In this document: positions 12,830-25,848 of the stretch, piece after piece
Numbering within the stretch: position 1 is the stretch's first letter
Layout of the letters: every line of letters begins with the position of its first letter
Assembly (NCBI RefSeq): GCF_006345805.1
Contig: NC_043008.1
Span: 47,616,001 to 47,680,000 of the forward strand
Reading direction: 5' to 3'
Length of the DNA stretch: 64,000 bases
DNA from: Octopus sinensis
Taxonomy: Eukaryota
Notes under the pieces: model-generated
Told to the model about the DNA's origin: nothing
Seen by the model: only the letters and a program-made list of their open reading frames with translations
Database searches by the model: none
Made by a program: the position numbers and the translations under genes

Positions 12830-13892
12830 TATGTGTGTGTGCGTGTGTATGTATGTGCGAGTGTGTGCGTGTGCGTGTGTGTATGTGTGTGTGAGGCGAG
12901 ATAAAAAAACAAAAAATATGTATATGTTAGTGCGTGCAGGGCGAACGGATGACATAGCAAGTCTCGAGTGAGTGGTCAGTGGTAAAAAAAGGGAGGAAGG
13001 AGGGAAGAAGGGAAGGAGGGAAGAAGGGAAGGAGGGAAAGGGTGGGGGCGTATGTAACGTGCCAGTGTGTGTGTTGAGTGGTAGTGTGTGTTTGTCCAGT
13101 GTGCGTAGTTGTGTGTATGGCAAGTAAATTTGAAGTGTGTGTAAGTGTAATGTATATATATATATGCAAATGTGTGTGTGTGAGTGGGTGTGTGTATGTG
13201 TGTGCGTGTGTTTACAAAGAGGGGGGGTTAAGGGAAAAAACTGCAGCGGAGAAGGGGGGAAAGGGGAAGATGGAAGAGTGGTCCCGCGGCGACTGGCGTG
13301 GGAGAACCCAAAGACACGCGCCGGCCCCAGATACGTACAGTAGATCTAGTCGGTCACCCACGACGTGGTGCATGCATGCGTGTATGCGTGCGCGAACGTG
13401 CACAAGCGTGTATGTGCGCGCGTCTGCGAGTGTGCGTGTAAGTATGTATGTGTGTGGATGTGTGAGTGTGTCTGTGTGTAAGTCTGGGTGTCAGTGTGTC
13501 CGATGAATGTATGTAAGTATGTGTGTGTATATGTGTGTATATAGATGTATGTCCGTGTGTGTGTGTGTGTATGTGTATGAGTGTGTATGTATGTACGTGT
13601 GTGTGTGTGGAAGTGTGTGTATGTGCATGTGTGTGCGCGTACATGCAGGTGTGTGAGTGAGTGTGTGTGTGTGTGCATGTATGTGTGAGTGTGTATGTCT
13701 GTGTGTGTAGGATGCATGTATGTGTATGGGTGTATTTATGTGCGTGTGTGTATGTATGTGTACGTGCGTGTGTGTGTGTGTATGCATGTATGCATGTATG
13801 CGTATGCATGTGCGTATGTGTGTGTGTGTGTGTGTGCACGTGTGTAGGTATATATGTCTGTGCGTATAAGTGTGTGTATGTGCGTATATATA
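12830..13892. repeat. Degenerate (TG)n/(TGTA)n field with purine-rich inserts
   Basis: Direct reading; it explains the His/Thr and Val/Cys pseudo-ORFs. Confidence 0.9.
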
Positions 13893-14085
13893 TAAATCCT
13901 TAAATCCTTTAAAATGTTTTAGCCCGAAGGCCGCGGCGATGCTGGGGCACCACTGCTGAAATGAGGAATGGTTACAGCACCCAGGTTTCCCAAGCGATCA
14001 CCCATCTAAGTACTGACTAGGCTCAATGTTGCTTAACTTCGGTGATCGGACGAGAACCGATGCTTTCAACGTGATATGGCCATAA

Positions 14086-14088
<3 letters not shown>
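13893..14088 (-). mobile_element. Candidate 5S-derived SINE (SINE3-like): 5S head, short linker, CR1-type 3' tail and (AGGATTTA)2
   Basis: Bases 13916-13951 match the LINE 3' end 2747-2782 at 26 of 36 positions without gaps; there is a terminal tandem repeat and (TA)n on both sides. Confidence 0.7.
13970..14087 (-). pseudogene. 5S rRNA-derived sequence (118 nt), head of a chimeric retroelement
   Basis: The reverse strand reads GCTTATGGCCATATCACGTTGAAAGCATCGGTTCTCGTCCGATCACCGAAGTTAAGCAACATTGAGCCTAGTCAGTACTTAGATGGGTGATCGCTTGGGAAACCTGGGTGCTGTAACC, a full-length metazoan 5S pattern. It is a solitary copy, has substitutions near box C, and has no oligo-T terminator directly after it. Confidence 0.92.
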
Positions 14089-14147
<59 letters not shown>

Positions 14148-14805
14148 ATATATATTATATATATATATATATTATATATATATATATGTATATATATATG
14201 TATATATACATATAGGTGTGAGTGTCTATATATAATATATATGTGTGTGTGTGTTTGTCTATGTGCGCACGCGCATTAGAGGGTGTGCGTGTGTGTCTGA
14301 TTATGTACAAGTGTTTGCATATGTGTGGGCACTGCACTTAGGAATATTCGCGTTATAAAATCACAAACACTCACACACACACATACACACTCATACACAC
14401 ACAAACCGGTTGTAGGACTTTTATTTGTCATTAATCAATTAATTGTCTGGTTTTTTCACCGCAAAGCAATCATAGAAACACTGACTTCATTTGGAACGGT
14501 TTTCCCGCCATTTTTCTTGCCTGGTGAGTTGCATTGTTTCAAAAAAGTATGAGTTGCGTGATGAAATACTTTAACGAATTAAGTAATTAATTAATTAATT
14601 AATTAATTAATAACCACTAGGAAACAACAGTGTACGCATATATATACATATATATATATATATGCCTTCATTGACAATGTTTGCTGTAAATAAATTATGC
14701 TTCAATACAGGGTGTCATGTGAAGTTCTTTGCAACACATACACGTACAGATACATGCATGCATACATACATACATACATACGTACATAAATGTATACATT
14801 TTACT

Positions 14806-14881
<76 letters not shown>

Positions 14882-15149
14882 GAGAGAGAGAGAGAGCGTG
14901 TGCCTCTGCGTATCTATGTATGTGTAGTTCTTGCTTGTTTTTTTAGGTTCTTAATGTATTGAAGCAGACTAAGTTATAGTCATTTCGCCAAAATAACAAC
15001 ATTCACCAAATACATTTCGCCTCGTTTCATCATATCCAATCCAAGTGTAAGTTGATTATCTAAAGAAGTAATAAATTCTTTGAGCAATCAAGGAATATAT
15101 TGCCAGTTCTTTCCTCACTCTTCGCGTCTTTCTCTTTGACGTCCCCTCC

Positions 15150-15340
15150 TAAATACATCTACCTATAGGCACTACACATTTTTTATTTTCTCTCCTTGTT
15201 TCTTTCTGTGTTCCTTTCTGTAGAAGAGCGTAGGCTCGAAACGGTAAATACTTTTTCATTTCCCGAGCGTTAGACAAATACATCTGCTTGTTGTCTACAC
15301 CACTTGTTTTCGTCTTTTGTTTTCTTTGTGAATTCTCCCT
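15150..15340 (+). mobile_element. Penelope-type pLTR-derived repeat with a hammerhead-like motif at 15215-15248
   Basis: CUGUAGA-A-GAGC(GUAG)GCUC-GAAA-CGGUA; second copy of the 1125-1290 family; abuts (TA)n. Confidence 0.6.
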
Positions 15341-15609
15341 ATATATATATATACAAACAAACACAACCATTTACCGACGCCTTTTCTGTTCTCCTGCCTC
15401 TGTTACCCTCACTAACTCGCCTCATTCTCTCTCATTCTCTCTCTCTCTTTCTCTCTCACTTTCATTCTCACATATCTGCAATTAATACCAATAATATGAA
15501 TATACTTTTACAGCGAACCACAAGATTATTTCCGCTACGGGTCATCAACTTATTGTGATTCCAATAACTTAGGAAAATCAATTTTATGAATATTTAAATG
15601 AAAACGTAC

Positions 15610-15749
15610 CTTTTATCGACTTGGGTTAGAATTTTCATAAGCTCCGTAAAGTACGATGGATCCCGAACAATAATCTTCTCTGTCTCGTTGATATATATTG
15701 ACTTTTTGGGGATGTTCATGACTTGAGTAAAATAGGACATCCAATCAAA
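15610..15749 (-). CDS. M13 peptidase exon (140 nt; FDWMSYFTQVMN...IIVRDPSYF...VDK)
   Basis: ttgctttag|TTTGATTGG...GATAAAAG|gtacgt; phase 0-2; FxW and V-x-x-P-x-Y motifs. No next exon was found to the left within the window. Confidence 0.92.
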
Positions 15750-17775
15750 CTAAAGCAAAAGAAAAACAATATATTGACAAATCAACTAAAGCATATTCTA
15801 ACCTTGTATTTCTTCCTCGCATTATAACTTCAAGTCTCAATAATATATTGAGACCTTATTTCAAATAATCAAAGCATTATACTTTATATTACAAAACTCT
15901 ATTTCTTTCCTTTGCAACTAAACAACTCTTCTATTAAACTACAATGCACACTTTAGATCCGCAGAGATGCCTGATGCAATTGTGTAAAGGCTATCAATAT
16001 TTCAGTATTTAGTTCTAATATGACCCAGCTCCACTTTCCCTCCCGGTGGAACATCTAAAACGAAATGTTATTATTACTTTCTAGTCAATTCGTTTCGTCT
16101 CTTTCGAAGCAATACCTACCAAAGAGTTTCAATTCAATATTGACGGTTTCTGAAAGCCACATGGGGCCAACAAGTTTTTATTGCCATATCGAATTTCGAG
16201 TGGTTTTCCTCGACTGTAATATGTTAGAATCGTTCCTGTATTTCAATTTATAATTTATTTCTAATATTGGCCCATAGCAACGAAATATGGTGAAATAAGC
16301 GACCGATTAAATCGAGACCAATATTTTATTAGTTCTTATTATACAGAATGTGAGTAAATGAAATTTATAATTGCGTAAAGCGATGGGAGTTGATTTTAGA
16401 AGCTAACGGAATATGCAAAAGCATTTTCTTCGACACTTTGCCATGTACTGCCATATTCTAACTTTCAACGATTCTCAGAAATTAGTCGTTCACAGTAAAA
16501 TGTTTGCAAGAAATAGTTTTGGTATAATAACACCTTTTGGACAATATTAATCTCGAAATCTCACTGAGATATATTGGACCGTATTGTGACTTAATATTTT
16601 CTAATTCTGAACGTAACCTGGTCATTAACCATTGGAAAATATCGGCTGAGATGATGGTTCATCTGGTGTTACGTTTACTACGTTATGTCCGTAGTCATGA
16701 TGATCAGCACATTAATACAAATGGTTCAGGCTATATAATTCGGTAAATATATATGATAAGTGGATGCAAGTAACCTCAATTATTCCTACGGGTTGTATAA
16801 TGTTGCTAAAACTATCAGTAAATATAATTCCAATAATTTGAGCTGCGGAAACTTAAACAATATGCTCACAACTTATGATATCGTTGCTCTGTACTTATTG
16901 CGCAACTGATATTCAACAGCATCAATTGAATTCGGCTTCTAGAGCTTGACATTGATTTAGATCTAAAGTATTTACCGTATGTTTAAAAATTGATAACGTG
17001 TTGTCAGATCACTGATGTATTTAAGTAATTTTATAGTGAAAACAACGCAAGTTAAATGGTTGTCGGTAAAGCAATGCTTCATAACTGAAATGTATATATT
17101 AAAAACTATATCCATAAATATGCTATCAGGATCGAAAAATGCATCGTTTAATCCTTAAAAGTCACGGAATGCATTTGATAATGTACATGAAAATCACTTT
17201 AGCTTTAATTATATTATTTATGAAATACACTCGCTCAAGTTGCAATATTCGTGCGAACCTTAGCGTTTTATTAAAATACATAAAATTATATTTTCATTAT
17301 ATTTAGTCATTTAGGAGGAATTATAAATAAATATCAACACATTTATTTAATATCTTTAAAGAGAAATGATAAGCTATGTGTAAACAACTCATTATTTGAA
17401 TCTTTCTATTTGTGCGTGTTTATGGCAGTTTGTCGCCTCGTTGAACTGTCATTTGATTATTCTTGGTGTTGGCTGTAAAGAGTTACTTCAGACGAGAGTT
17501 CGCCTTTAGAAACGTTATGAATCCACGTTAATGTTATGCCAATTGTTCTTCTGGAATATAACATCTCTATCGCACAAATAGTTTCGTTCTTGGAACATCT
17601 TTCTAGATTTATATATCATGGAATTCGATAAAATTCATAAAAGTATGAGACAGTAAAGGAGGTAGAATATTATTGTGTTTGCGTGTGACGAAGGGAAAGA
17701 GAGAAACAGCCGTCGAAGCCTAGCAGTCCGAAACCTCGGAGTCTCTGGTACCCATCACATCTTGTATATGTTAAA

Positions 17776-17798
17776 TACTACTACTACTGCTGCTGCTG

Positions 17799-17870
<72 letters not shown>

Positions 17871-17888
17871 CACTACTACTACCACTAC
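17776..17888. repeat. (CTA)n tract
   Basis: Direct reading; left flank of the RTE insertion. Confidence 0.95.
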
Positions 17889-18368
17889 ATGCATAAGATC
17901 TGGTCATCAAATCTAAGTAGAGACTTCAAACTTGAAATCTTCAAAGCCACAGTCGAACCAATTCTACTATATGGCTCAGAAACCTGGACGTTATCAAAGA
18001 AGCTTGAGAGGCGGTTGGATGGAACCTACACTCGCCTCCTTATGAGAGCTCAAAATCTCTCGTGGAAGCGCCATCCAACCAAAATGCAAATATATGGGAA
18101 ACTACCACCTGTGTCATCTCTTGTGAAAGGTAGGAGAGTCCAGTTTGCTGGACATTGTTGTAGAGCTGAAAAAGAGGTAATTTCTACCCTTCTCCTCTGG
18201 AAGCCATGTACTCACAATACCAGTGGGCGCAAACTCTCCTACCCTGATGTAATCTCCAGGGATACAGGCATCCAGCAACAGGACCTCCGTAATGCCATGA
18301 TGGACCGTGAAGTCTGGCGTAGCATGGTAAATTACATTGTCTCGACCACGGTCGAACAATGATGATGA
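17889..18368 (+). mobile_element. RTE-clade LINE 3' fragment with an intact reading frame, (TGA)3 tail and a 10-bp TSD
   Basis: FKATVEPILLYGSETW...RRVQFAGHC...DREVW motifs; stop at 18360-18362; CTACCACTAC directly flanks it at 17879-17888 and 18369-18378. Confidence 0.88.
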
Positions 18369-18449
18369 CTACCACTACTACTAATAGTCGTACCACTACT
18401 GCTGCTACTACTACTAAGAAGAAGAAGAACAACAACAACAACAACAAAA

Positions 18450-19022
18450 ATTGGTGGTGGAAGTTTATTTCCCTGTGTAAACGCTGTATAGAGTGTGTCT
18501 TTTATTTGTTGGTTTTTTTCTTTAGTTTCTGTCATTGGATTCATAGTGTCTCGCGTAGGACGTGGGCTATTCCTAGCAGGGTTATTTTTTGGACATTGCG
18601 TAGTGTTGAGGATCCAAGTGGAGTTTCTACATTTTTGTTTGTGTGATTTATCTTTTTTTGTCATGCCCAAAGCCCCACTTCTTATTGGTATTGTTCTTAC
18701 CTTCATGCCCCACAGTTTGAATACTTCAATTTCGAAGTCTTTGTACTTAGATAATTTCTCCACTTCTGTTTTGACATTATTTTGATCAGAAGGGATTATA
18801 ATGTCTATCAGTAAGTGTTTTGCCCCCAATCCTTGGCTATAATGCCCAGGCGATTATCTTTTATTTCTTTGCCGGGTTGGACCGAAATATCCTAGAAGAT
18901 TGTAGCCTGGTTGTTGTCTTGTACCTTGTTTGGCTCATGCTTATACCATCTGTTGTTAGTTTTGATGTTGCAATGTTGGCATATTGTCCAGTGGATATAC
19001 CTGCTTACTTTGTAGGGCATGT
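18450..19022 (-). mobile_element. RLE-type (R4/Dong-like) non-LTR element, decayed 3' fragment
   Basis: Across frames: YIHWTICQHC...WYKHEP...LLIDIIIPSD...EKLSKYKDFEIEV...IP...GALG, a restriction-like endonuclease domain; stops and frameshifts present. Confidence 0.82.
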
Positions 19023-19628
19023 ATACTTATTCAGACTTGGCAAGAATTCGGCTAAAACGTAAATCTACAGTGTTGGATCTGTCATTTCTCAACACACTTG
19101 CATTGACTGAACGTCATTTTTTAATATTTTATAAATTAATTGCAGTCCGATATAATAGTTTTCGCAAATTAATAATCAGTTACATCAGCCATAGAATCGA
19201 TGTATTAAAGGCCATCACCCCGTTATTGGACTGATAGGAATTATTAAGCTACTCATCTAGAGCTATCCTCATTTGGCTAAACCTTCCAATTAAACCACCC
19301 ATATGTCGATGTAAGAAACCAAAAAGTATGTTTTATTAGCTTTCTCTTATCTTTTATCGAAAAGCTGGAGTGGTTTGTGCCAAGCGTGAATATCTAAAAT
19401 CGATTTTCTCCTCATTACTTCGACGTCTGCAAAATCCAATTACGGTTTGTATTTCTTCCTTTTAAAACTTTTAAGAGAAGCACCACTAAGACACTAGAAT
19501 GCATCATATCAATTTTTTTTAAGTATCTAAGAGGAGATAAATCTCTTAAGATATCATACCTGTAATTTCCTCGTAAGAAACGCCATTATTTATCCTAGTT
19601 TCAGATAAAGTGAGAAGAAGTGTCTTAC

Positions 19629-19715
19629 CTCTTTGAATTTGTGTGAAAGTTCTTTGACCGTCATTTTGTTGTAAAGCCTCTCATTATCACGTCTGTTTTC
19701 CGGCGGCGTAATAAT
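19629..19715 (-). CDS. M13 peptidase exon (87 nt; IITPPENRRDNERLYNKMTVKELSHKFKE)
   Basis: tttcacag|ATTATT...AAAGAG|gtaaga; LYNKMT motif; phase 0-0. Confidence 0.93.
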
Positions 19716-22700
19716 CTGTGAAACAGCAACGACAACAGCAACATCATTTTATTGATACAAGGAAATGGAAGAAGAAGAACATTTGGAATATTGTCTATGA
19801 TCTTCACAAACTATAGTAAAGCAAAATGCATGGAGGAGAACTAATCAAGTCTATTTCCATATAACAATATGAATATCATATTTCCTGGCTTAAATGTGCT
19901 CAGGTCCTTCTGAGATTGTTTGTCGTTCATTCCATTCTGTACAGTATTCCTGATATAAGATAGGAGAAAAAAGTACACAGGATTTGAACTTGAAAAAGGT
20001 ATTTAGCTCAGGCTAATATAACGTAAGACATGGATCGACTTACATTCAATGTTATAACTTAATTAAGTGAAAAACAAGGAGTGGGTAGATCCTTCAAGAC
20101 ACGACAGAATGGATATAATATAAATAAAACGTTATGATAATGAAATGCGTCAAATAGATGAGAAAAAATACTTGCAAAATTTCAACGATATAAAATTGAA
20201 AATTACTTAAGTGACAAGAAAAGTGACATTTTAACATTCTGTCTGCAAGACAAACGGGGTCAAAAAGCGTAGATGACGCGGAGGTATCGTGAAAGGAAAT
20301 GTAATATAATTACAATAAAACGGTGAGTTATCTTGACTTGTTCCCCGATCTCGAATAATACTGCAGTATAACATACTTGCAATATGAGATACACTTATGT
20401 TTTATAAAGTCATAATACTTTTTGGAGACATTATTACCAATCATGCTGGCAGATCGGTAGGAAGAGATCACCGCCGTCTAATAATGCTTGTCTTTGTTAT
20501 AGTCCTTGTATTTACTATTCCTAACTAACAGACATTTCCATTCAGCACACTTGACCTCTGCCTTGTGACTATGTTCTTATTCGAATTATCGAAATTCTCC
20601 GATGTCACATTATTTGAACACAAGCAATGCAAACAAATTCACATTTGCTAATTTATAACGTAATTTCCCTTTTTTTTTCTTCGTTTAACATGTGAAGACC
20701 TTAGCAACCTGTTGTCTATAAAAACATACTCAAAATATGTTTTGTTTTATGTTCTGGACATTGTGCTGATATTTCCCACACAAAAAGACCAAAAAAAAAG
20801 AGTTTTAGGTTTTTTCTTTGCATTCTATTTGAAGAAAGCAGTGCTGCTTTCTTGCTGCTTCGTATAGCAATGAAACGAATGTTGTTTTATAAAGTCCTCT
20901 TTAAGGATTGTTGAGAGAACTTCCGGCAAATTTCAACTGGAATTTGGCATAAGTAACTCCAAAGCATTTTCCTTAACATGCGTTTCAGCTAATCATAGAA
21001 TCATTTCCTTTTCATTCCTCCATTCAGAAGAAAAAAATACACGATCAAACCAGAATATACATTTGGTGGCTACATTTTTTTAAAAATGAGGATAACACAT
21101 CTTGCGCTACAGTGATTTTTGAAACGATATACTAAATTACGTTTATTTTAAGCAGCCTATCAAAGAATATTTCTTTTATCGTTGTGTGACAACGTGTAGG
21201 GGACCAGCGTTAACAGGGCAACGTGTGAAACTGTGTCGCTTTCTTTGTACCCCAAAATACGCTTTCAACATTTAACTATAACGTTACGATAAATTTTAGT
21301 AAACCGTCCAAGATTCTCCTTTCCCTATCATTATCACAGTTTTCTCCTTTTGTGAATTTGGCGTTTTCTTTCAAACTGGGAAGTTTGTTGGACAGTAAAA
21401 CAATAGATTAATCACATTTGCATTCTGCACTGTTACAAGGGTCCATTTCTAGAGAAGCCACTTGGAAAGCAAAGACAAAACCTACGAACATCTGAGTAAG
21501 TACTGCAGGAAGGTAAAATATCCATTACAATTGATTGCTACACCATAAAATAGTGGAATGGTTTCTTTGCTTTAACCTCAATTTCTTGTGAAAGGTTTAC
21601 CCGTGGAAGACAGAAATCTTGGCTAAGGAATATTTACCTCTAGTTCAAACTATAGAAGTTGAAGGAAAATACCAGAATATTATATCCCTGAGAGCGGTCA
21701 AGTAATTTATATATTCATGATGTAATTTGAATCCTCAAGAGGGATAAAGTAAAATATGCATTTATTATGTTAATTAGATTGCCGAGAGAGGTAGAGCAAT
21801 TTATACATTTATTATGTTAATTGAATCTGAGAGTGGTAAAATAATGTATACACCTACTACGTTAAAGCATTTTTATAAATGTACGACTCCGATAAACGCC
21901 AATTGTTCAATTTCGCCAACATAAATTCAAAGGTAATTGAGTATGACTCATGAATATATTTATGGTAAGCGATTTAAATGATTGAAAACTGAGCTATTAT
22001 TTGAAGATTATATTTCGAACATGGTTCCTGACTTACACAGGGGATCCAACAAAACTACAAAGTAACAACTTCAGTGTTATTTTTAATTATCTTTTCTGTG
22101 AGATGCAGAAACAAATTGTAGAAACGTGGTATTTTCCTCATAAGATAAATACCGAATGATTAAATAGGCGCAATACTTATGTTAGAAAAATATCGACTTC
22201 AGAGGCATAAATGGTTAAGTTAACCTTCGCTGGTTTGAACGCATTTGTCGCTATGACCCTAAACAAATACTGCAAAATATTTAATCCAACAATCGAATGC
22301 TTCTCTCAATTCACCTTCCATCAAGAACCAATTAATAAACTTTTAACCAACTAAAATTAATCGCTCAATCTTCCTCAAATGACACGCTACACTCTTCACA
22401 TAGAAAGACAAAGTAGTTTATAGGATCCTAGATACATTATGAGTAAATAGAATACATGAGGGGTAGATTTTTAAAGTTTTATAGCTTAGGTATCTCTTCA
22501 ATCTGAGATAAACAAGAACATCAACAACAATATCAAACCCTGACACTCTGTCGTTTACGTCAACAAAAGTTCCAGGTGATCTACCCTCCTGAACGGCTCC
22601 GAAATCTCTTAAATTGCATTTCTGACCGGTTTAAAAGAGCACAAAGTCAAGCTACGAATCCAAATATATTTTTCCTTCTGTTTATTTTTGATGTTGACTT

Positions 22701-24748
22701 TGAGTCAACCATCTTGCCGCACATATTCTCCTGCTATAGAAATCGGCAAAGTGTATGTGGCATGCATCTGATCCAAGATGACTCTGTGGTGTACACAGTG
22801 TTATTAACGGACAGAGTCCGCTCTGTTTGTGGCAGTAAATACGTACAGTTAGGGTAGAAGTGTCACTGAGGCAGAGATGAATAGACAGAGACAGAGAGAG
22901 GATTGAGGATATATGCTGACGTACGATTGCGATCTTTCTAAATTGACCATTTGCTCACGGGGAAATATATAATAAAAAGCAATGCTCAAGTGATGCTTTG
23001 ATTTTATTCTACAAATATATAAAGCTGAATTCAAATTAGAAATAGAAATTATAACTTAAGTTCTGACAAATCTACATTAACGCCTTCGAAACTGCGCACT
23101 ATATTCCTCTGAATATTACCACTTGTTACATATAATCCTTTCCTTTATATTATCCCAAAGAGTTTCATTTGAAGGAAGGTAATTGCACGGCCACTACAAT
23201 CCTTAAAACTACACCATTCCGTTTGTTGTGCAGTAATATCTAATCATGCGCTTGGGCGTGTGTTGCCGCTTCAATTCTCGACCTTAGATCCCTTCTTTAT
23301 CTTATACTTAAAACACCACTATTACAAAAGACATGCATGTCACCAAATCTCATTTTATCTCATCCTAAATATGGTTCCCTTCTCCTAAATCCCAAGAACG
23401 TAGCAGTTACTTGAATGAAATAGGTTTTACAACGTTGTTTCGTCACAGGATTCGTTCAAAGTTATTCGCGATTAATTTCCCCTTTCATCACGATGGACTC
23501 AATAACATAACAGTTATATTCTGGTATCAAGTTTTTACAACTGTTTTTTGCCATAAACCAATGTGAGAAATCAATAATATTGCATTAGGAGTCTTTTATC
23601 ATTGATTTTTATGGTTCCAAATCTTAGATTTGATAGGAAATGAGGTTGCAGAGCGATTACTGACTTTTTTCGAAGATTGATGAAATAAATAAATAAATTA
23701 CAGTGAAATAGTCACAGTAGGGAATCGAATGTAATTTTCAGTTCACTTACTGGCAACTCACAAAGGCGCCGAAGCTGGGTCAGAGTGAAAAACGTAATTA
23801 AAAGGTTTAAAAATGGACACGTGATTGATACTTTCAGATGGCGCTCATGAACGAAGTTGCAACGTTTACAATTAGTTACCTTTACAAGGCCACATAGGCA
23901 CACACACAAACACACACACACACAAACACACACAAACACACACAAACACACACATAGACACACACACACACATAACTATATAATTATGCATATAAGTAGA
24001 AAGAACAAGAGTGACAGTCAGAAAGAACTAATCGTAAAACATGCTACTTCGTAACGTCAATATATAATATCCGTATAATATTCATTATTTAAACCATGAA
24101 TTAAATTTAACTCTAACCTCCCCATTTTTATAAACAGTGAGTAGCTATTTAATTCGCTGTGTGAGTGTATGTGTGCCAAATTACGCGTGTGCGTATACTT
24201 GTGTCTCCGTGGATGTTTATACGAGCGAGTGTAAGTGCGCCATGCAACATAAGCGAGAGCGTTTATACATCCATATCCGTTAAGGGTTATATTCAATACT
24301 TTTTGGAGTATTGTATATTCCTTTCTTTTTTCATGTGTTACTTATCATTGATCTTCTATAAAAATGAATCTGTATTCTTTAATTTGCTTATTTTCTAAAT
24401 ACAAATCGAGCAGAAATGTTGCGGAACAGTCGTTATTTTAGCGAGATATATCTTATTCACGCCAGAAAAGACACATCTACACCGACGGATACTCTTAAAC
24501 TGGTTGTTAAGTATGTCACCCGTGAGGGACCGATGCTAGATGTCGAAACGATTGTAGTGATGTATAAGCATTTTCGTATCTTCCATCTTCTGCCTTTCTC
24601 ATTAATCAAATATCCAAAATCACTGTGAAAGTGAGCGTGACTTACCGGTAAACTACCAGGTATATACTATACGATTTATTATGTGACACACACACACACG
24701 CACACACATACACACACACATACACTCACTCACACACACACACACACT

Positions 24749-24791
<43 letters not shown>

Positions 24792-25289
24792 GGAGTCCCA
24801 AGTATAGGGAAAACCAACTTTTTTTTCCATCGAGAGCTTATGTGCCCCTATATTAGATTATGTTCTTTAGTTAATCCACGCTGATCAATTAGAAGCCTTA
24901 AGCTCATGAGATTATTTACAGAATTGTAAAACTCGGCACAGATTATCAGATCATCGCAGAGAACACACACACACACACACACACATACACACGCATACAC
25001 ACATATATATATATACACATACATACATTCACATACACATATATATGTGTATATATATATATATATACATACACAAACATATATATATATATATATATAC
25101 ATACACAAACATATATATATATACATACACAAACATATATATATATATATACATAACTAGTATGTACATGTACTTATAAAAAAAGAAACAAAATGTGTGT
25201 GTGCGCGTGTGTGTTAGTCCGTGTGTGTATACATATATATGTACGTATCTATATAACACCAAAATGATAAGTGTCATATATTCATTATT

Positions 25290-25342
<53 letters not shown>

Positions 25343-25698
25343 TAACATTTAGATCTGCTCTTAGTATTTATTCAATTAACAAAGATGTAGTCATGACACC
25401 GAGTAACAGTTGTGTGATCGAACTCTTTCTTTGACGCCGCGATTGAATATCCTTAAGAATAAATATATATATATAGGTTTACAGTTATCACGTAGGCACT
25501 TTAAATTTCTTTTAAAACATTATAGTTCATCTAAATTTCTATCTTACAAACTGAAAAGGAAGCTTGACAAAATTAACTAAATTAGCAGAGAATAATGGTT
25601 CCATATTTTTTTTTATAATTAAGATCTAAAACTCTTAACATATGAATGCGAAAGCGATAGTTGAATGACTGTAAAATCACTTTGGGTCCACCGTATAT

Positions 25699-25792
<94 letters not shown>

Positions 25793-25808
25793 TTATATAC
25801 ATACATAC

Positions 25809-25848
<40 letters not shown>

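Noticed and set aside
13970-14087. Functional 5S rRNA gene
   Set aside because: It is solitary, lacks an immediate oligo-T terminator, has substitutions in helix and box C positions, and is fused to a retroelement tail.
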